Below the pieces are notes generated by a model that worked only from the letters and a program-made list of their open reading frames with translations, did no database searches and had not been told where the DNA came from. Below, one piece after another: positions 60,087 to 64,000 of a stretch of DNA of 64,000 bases; position 1 is the first letter of the stretch, and each line of letters starts with the position of its first letter. Location: positions 3,064-67,063 of the forward strand of contig JAUVDV010000022.1 in the NCBI GenBank assembly GCA_030595125.1. The letters are read 5' to 3'. The position numbers and the translations under genes are program-made. This stretch comes from Deltaproteobacteria bacterium. GTDB lineage: Bacteria; Myxococcota_A; Polyangia; JAAYKL01.

Positions 60087-60668
60087 ATGACCGAATATCT
60101 GCTTCTCGTCGTTTACGCCGTCCTGGTCAACAACATCCTTTTGGCCCAGTTCCTGGGCAACTGTCCTTTCCTGGGAACCTCTCAAAAAATGAGCACGGCG
60201 ACCGGGATGGCCATGGCGGTTATTTTTGTTCTGACTTGCGCCGGGGTGATCACCTGGGCGGTCCAATGGTACGTGCTGGTTCCCCTCGAATTGGAATACC
60301 TGCAAACAATAGCGTTCATTTTGGTAATTGCCGCGCTCGTTCAGTTGGTGGAGATCGTGCTGCAAAAGACAGCTCCTGCGCTCTACAGCGCTCTGGGAAT
60401 TTTTCTGCCACTCATCACCACGAACTGCGCCGTGCTCGGTGTTGCGATCATCAATATCAAAGAGGATTACGATTTCATGCACACCGTGGTCTTCTCTTTT
60501 GCCTCGGCGATCGGGTTCGGTCTGGCCCTGGTTCTGTTCGCCGGGCTCAGAGAGCGGTTCGCCCTTTCCCGGATGCCCAAGCCGCTTCAGGGCACCGTGT
60601 CGGGCCTTATCACCGCCGGGCTCATGGCCCTGGCCTTCCAGGGTTTCTTGAAGCTCGGAGAGGGATAG
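60087..60668 (+). CDS. rnfA: Rnf complex subunit A
   Basis: NN..L.QFLG.CPFLG, LGIFLPLITTNCAVLG. Confidence 0.95.
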   Translation: MTEYLLLVVYAVLVNNILLAQFLGNCPFLGTSQKMSTATGMAMAVIFVLTCAGVITWAVQWYVLVPLELEYLQTIAFILVIAALVQLVEIVLQKTAPALYSALGIFLPLITTNCAVLGVAIINIKEDYDFMHTVVFSFASAIGFGLALVLFAGLRERFALSRMPKPLQGTVSGLITAGLMALAFQGFLKLGEG

Positions 60669-60672
60669 ACAA

Positions 60673-62751
60673 ATGGAAGTACTCGCAGCAGCGCTTGTCA
60701 TCGGCGGAATCGGCACGGTCGCAGCGATCGGTCTGGGCGTGGCCGCCAAGGTTTTCGCCGTGTACATCGACCCCAAGGTGATCGAAGTCGACGAGGCGCT
60801 TCCCGGCGCAAACTGTGGCGGTTGCGGCTTTACGGGCTGCGCGGCGGCGGCGACGGCCGTTGTCAAGGGCAAGGCCCCGGCAAACGTCTGCATCGTGGGT
60901 GGCCAGGAGGTCGCAGAGGCAGTGGCCGGGATCATGGGCATGTCGGTGGAGGAGGGCGAGGTCGGAATCGCCGAGCTGGGATGCAAATACGATGTAAGGA
61001 CTGCCCATCTCCTCTTCGACTACGACGGAGTGGAGGACTGCCGGGCTGCTGCTCTGGTAAACGGCGGCGGCAAGGTGTGTTCCATGGGTTGTCTGGGATT
61101 CGGCACCTGTATAAGCGCCTGTCAGTTCGGCGCTCTTTACAGGGGCGCGGACGGCCTGCCCGCAGTGATCAAGGAAAGGTGCACGGCCTGTGGCGCCTGC
61201 GAGCGGATCTGCCCCAAGGGGATCATCCGAGTACAGACGCCGAGCCGGAAGTTCACGCATATCCAGACCGATGACGATTGCGTGGCTCCTTGCCAGGCTA
61301 CCTGTCCGGCGCAAATCGATATTCCGGCGTACATCGCCGCAATAGGGCAAGGCGATTACGAAAGCGCTGTATGCATCATCAAGGAAAGCAACCCGTTCCC
61401 GCTGGTCTGCGGACGCGTCTGCCCGCATGTCTGCGAGTCGGCCTGCCGACGCAACGATATAGATGAACCTGTAAACATCAATCACCTCAAGAGGTTCGCA
61501 GCTGACTTCGAGATGAATTCAGGCAAGCGATTCTTGCCGCAAGTCCTGCCCCCAAACGGCAAGCGGGTAGCTATAATCGGCGGGGGGCCATCCGGTCTGA
61601 CCTGCGCTTATTACCTGGCCCGCATGGGTTATCAAGTCAAGGTTTTCGAAGCCATGCCCAAGCCCGGCGGGATGCTCCTCTACGGCATTCCCGAGTACCG
61701 CCTGCCAAAGAAAACCCTCGCATGGGAGATAGACGGCATCCTCGAACTGGGAGTGGAGATCGAGTGCAACAAGGCGCTCGGCAAGGACTTCACAATCGAA
61801 GATCTTTACGAGCAGGGTTACGACGCAGTCTATTTGGCGGTCGGAGCCTGGGACTCACGGCGTCTCGGCGTGCCTGGCGAGCAAGACTTCCCACAGGTGG
61901 CGAGCGGCACCGAGTTCCTGATCAAGCGCGGCCTCGGCGAAGAAACGCCGGTCGGACGTGATGTCATCATCGTGGGCGGCGGCAACACGGCAATGGATGC
62001 GGCGCGCACCTCCTGGCGGCTCGGAGCCGAGAACGTTTACCTGCTCTACAGGCGCTCCCGCAAGGAGATGCCAGCAAACGATATCGAGGTGGACGAGGGC
62101 GAGCACGAGGGAATCAAGTACCACTTCCTGGCCGCCCCGACCAAACTGGTCGGCAAGGACGGCAAGCTCGATGCCATGGAGTTCCTCAAGATGGAGCTGG
62201 GCGAGCCAGATGCGTCCGGACGTCGCCGCCCGGTGCCGATAGAAGGTTCGGAAACGGACATCCAGGCGAACAACGTCTTCAGCGCTATCGGTCAATCACC
62301 CGATCTCACGTGCCTGGACGCAGAGGGTGTCGCGAGCGAGTTGAACCGCACCAAATGGAATTCAATCGTTGCCGCCGATGGCACCATGCAGACCGATGTT
62401 TCCAACATCTTCTCTGGTGGTGACGCATGGCGCGGCGCGGCGACCGCAGTAGAGGCAATCAGAGACGGCCGTTTCGCGGCGCGTTCCATCAGCCTGTTCC
62501 TCTCGGGCGAGGAGTTGACCTTGCCCTCCAACTGGTACGCCAAGGCGCCCAAACTCCCCGGCATCGATGAGGGAATCAATCTCGACAAATCCGATCGCGC
62601 AAAGATGATCGAGCTCTCCGTTGATGATCGGCGCATGAACTTCAACGAGGTGGAGCTCGGGATCACCGAAGAGATGGCCAAAAAAGAGAGCGGTCGCTGC
62701 CTGCAGTGCGGCGAGGTCTGTTATCAGGGTTACAGGGAGAAGGCGTCATGA
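60673..62751 (+). CDS. rnfB: RnfB fused to a GltD/NfnL-like FAD/NAD(P)-binding oxidoreductase domain
   Basis: LPGANCGGCG..GC, CLGFGTC, CTACGAC; then PCQATCP, CGRVCPHVCE..C, GGGPSG, YGIPEYRL, GGGNTAMD, YRRS. Confidence 0.9.
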   Translation: MEVLAAALVIGGIGTVAAIGLGVAAKVFAVYIDPKVIEVDEALPGANCGGCGFTGCAAAATAVVKGKAPANVCIVGGQEVAEAVAGIMGMSVEEGEVGIAELGCKYDVRTAHLLFDYDGVEDCRAAALVNGGGKVCSMGCLGFGTCISACQFGALYRGADGLPAVIKERCTACGACERICPKGIIRVQTPSRKFTHIQTDDDCVAPCQATCPAQIDIPAYIAAIGQGDYESAVCIIKESNPFPLVCGRVCPHVCESACRRNDIDEPVNINHLKRFAADFEMNSGKRFLPQVLPPNGKRVAIIGGGPSGLTCAYYLARMGYQVKVFEAMPKPGGMLLYGIPEYRLPKKTLAWEIDGILELGVEIECNKALGKDFTIEDLYEQGYDAVYLAVGAWDSRRLGVPGEQDFPQVASGTEFLIKRGLGEETPVGRDVIIVGGGNTAMDAARTSWRLGAENVYLLYRRSRKEMPANDIEVDEGEHEGIKYHFLAAPTKLVGKDGKLDAMEFLKMELGEPDASGRRRPVPIEGSETDIQANNVFSAIGQSPDLTCLDAEGVASELNRTKWNSIVAADGTMQTDVSNIFSGGDAWRGAATAVEAIRDGRFAARSISLFLSGEELTLPSNWYAKAPKLPGIDEGINLDKSDRAKMIELSVDDRRMNFNEVELGITEEMAKKESGRCLQCGEVCYQGYREKAS

Positions 62752-63959
62752 GAAGACCTCTTTTGCTCGGCTGGGCCGTGATTTGCGGCGTGGTGTTTAT
62801 TTGGGGATGCACAGATCAGGAAACCGCGTCCGACGAACCTTCGACTACGGCGCAAGCGCCGTTCGAGAGGATCCCGGGAGGCGACGAAGATCCAGGGGAC
62901 AACGGACCGGACGACTCCACCGAGCTGTCCGCCGTACCCGGCGACATGGGAAAGGTTGCGTTTACGCATTTCACGCACGCCTCGAACTCCAAAAAAGGAT
63001 ACGGCATCCCCTGCCGCACGTGCCATCACACAACACCTCCGGACGAAGACCCCGCCCAGGGTTGCACGGGCGAAGGCTGCCACTACCCGAGCGAAAAGAC
63101 ACCCGACCCGGCCCATGCCGGACCCGACGACAACATGCTGCTCCTTGGCGATGATTCGGCCACGGCCCCGGTAGCGTTCAATCACTTCACGCATGCTTCG
63201 TCTCACGGGTACAAAACCGCGTGCACCCAATGCCACCACACCGGTGATCTCATTGGTTGCTCCGAGTGCCACGAAAAGATTGCGACAAAAGACGACGATG
63301 GCAAGGTTATCCCCAAGACCAAGCGGGCCTTTCACCTGAAGTGCAACGGTTGTCACGAGGCGATCAAAAAAAGCGACCCCGATTCAAAGGCTCCCGTGAA
63401 ATGTGCGGATTGCCACGGTGGCAGTGCGCCGGCTCGCCTGCCCGGCAGTCTGACCCTGGAGCGGGCCTACCACCTGAGCTGTGTAGGATGTCACAATCGG
63501 GCAAAGATGGCCGGGATGGGAACCCCGGCTGTAGATTGCGACGATTGTCACAAAGAGGGCTCGCCCAAGATACCGGGCCTTGAGCCCAAAGAGAAGAAAG
63601 TGGAGGAGGAACCGGCGCCGAAGGAGCAGCCGGCCCCGAGCGCACCGACCGCGCAAGCTGCCGACGCCGGAGCCGCTGAGCCGGCAAAGGACGGGGAACA
63701 AAACAAGGGCCCGGACAAGATCCTCATTGACCACGCCAAAAAGGCCAAATCGGGCACACCGTTTCCACACGCCGCACACCAGGAACTCGGCGAAGAATGC
63801 GCCAAGTGTCATCACAAGGGCCTCGATGATCCGTCCTGTCGCAACTGCCACAGCGAGACAGCTGATGCCAAGAAAATCTATCACGAGATCTGCATTTCCT
63901 GTCACAAGGAAAACGGGATCTCGGCCAGCTGCGCAAGCTGCCATCCCAAGGGCGAGTAG
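62748..63959 (+). CDS. Dodecahaem cytochrome c3-type lipoprotein
   Basis: Lipobox IWGC; 11 CxxCH plus one CX4CH (CTGEGCH); start overlaps the rnfB stop. Confidence 0.88.
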   Translation: MRRPLLLGWAVICGVVFIWGCTDQETASDEPSTTAQAPFERIPGGDEDPGDNGPDDSTELSAVPGDMGKVAFTHFTHASNSKKGYGIPCRTCHHTTPPDEDPAQGCTGEGCHYPSEKTPDPAHAGPDDNMLLLGDDSATAPVAFNHFTHASSHGYKTACTQCHHTGDLIGCSECHEKIATKDDDGKVIPKTKRAFHLKCNGCHEAIKKSDPDSKAPVKCADCHGGSAPARLPGSLTLERAYHLSCVGCHNRAKMAGMGTPAVDCDDCHKEGSPKIPGLEPKEKKVEEEPAPKEQPAPSAPTAQAADAGAAEPAKDGEQNKGPDKILIDHAKKAKSGTPFPHAAHQELGEECAKCHHKGLDDPSCRNCHSETADAKKIYHEICISCHKENGISASCASCHPKGE

Positions 63960-64000
63960 CCTAGATAGCGTCTCGTCCAACCACGACACATTCTGCCCGC

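Overview
A gene-dense, GC-rich bacterial window. It is most likely from an anaerobic Myxococcota (deltaproteobacterial) genome, inferred from cglF, sgmX and mglC homologues, myxococcal Cys-rich repeats and MYXO-CTERM-like tails. Layout: (1) 1-25.9 kb holds envelope, secreted and motility genes (TPR protein, GH113-like protein, TamB + Omp85, ECF sigma/FecR pair, acidic surface lipoproteins, CglF, SgmX, MglC, SPOR protein, trypsin-like protease). (2) 26-39 kb is a redox island: a HybA/HybB-like module with a hexahaem cytochrome, a haem-motif sensor kinase / archaemetzincin / sigma54 activator triplet, and a sigma54-driven QrcABCD-like operon flanked by lipoyl-less GcvH-like proteins that share an ADGG motif. 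(3) 39-42 kb has an AAA/DUF4143 gene and an IS110/IS1111-type element whose ends can be read from the sequence. (4) 42-47.7 kb has a CoA-transferase-GNAT-deacetylase fusion and a 2.3 kb islet bounded by 40-bp direct repeats. (5) 47.7-55 kb is an aconitase-aclB-aclA-icd operon. (6) 56.5-64 kb is an atypical rnfCDGEAB operon (degenerate RnfC, RnfB fused to a GltD/NfnL-like domain) plus a 12-haem cytochrome. The best candidates for undescribed systems are the ADGG/GcvH-like + archaemetzincin module and the acyl-CoA sensor/writer/eraser fusion. All calls come from reading motifs by eye; no database searches were run. I recognised no rRNA, tRNA or CRISPR array.
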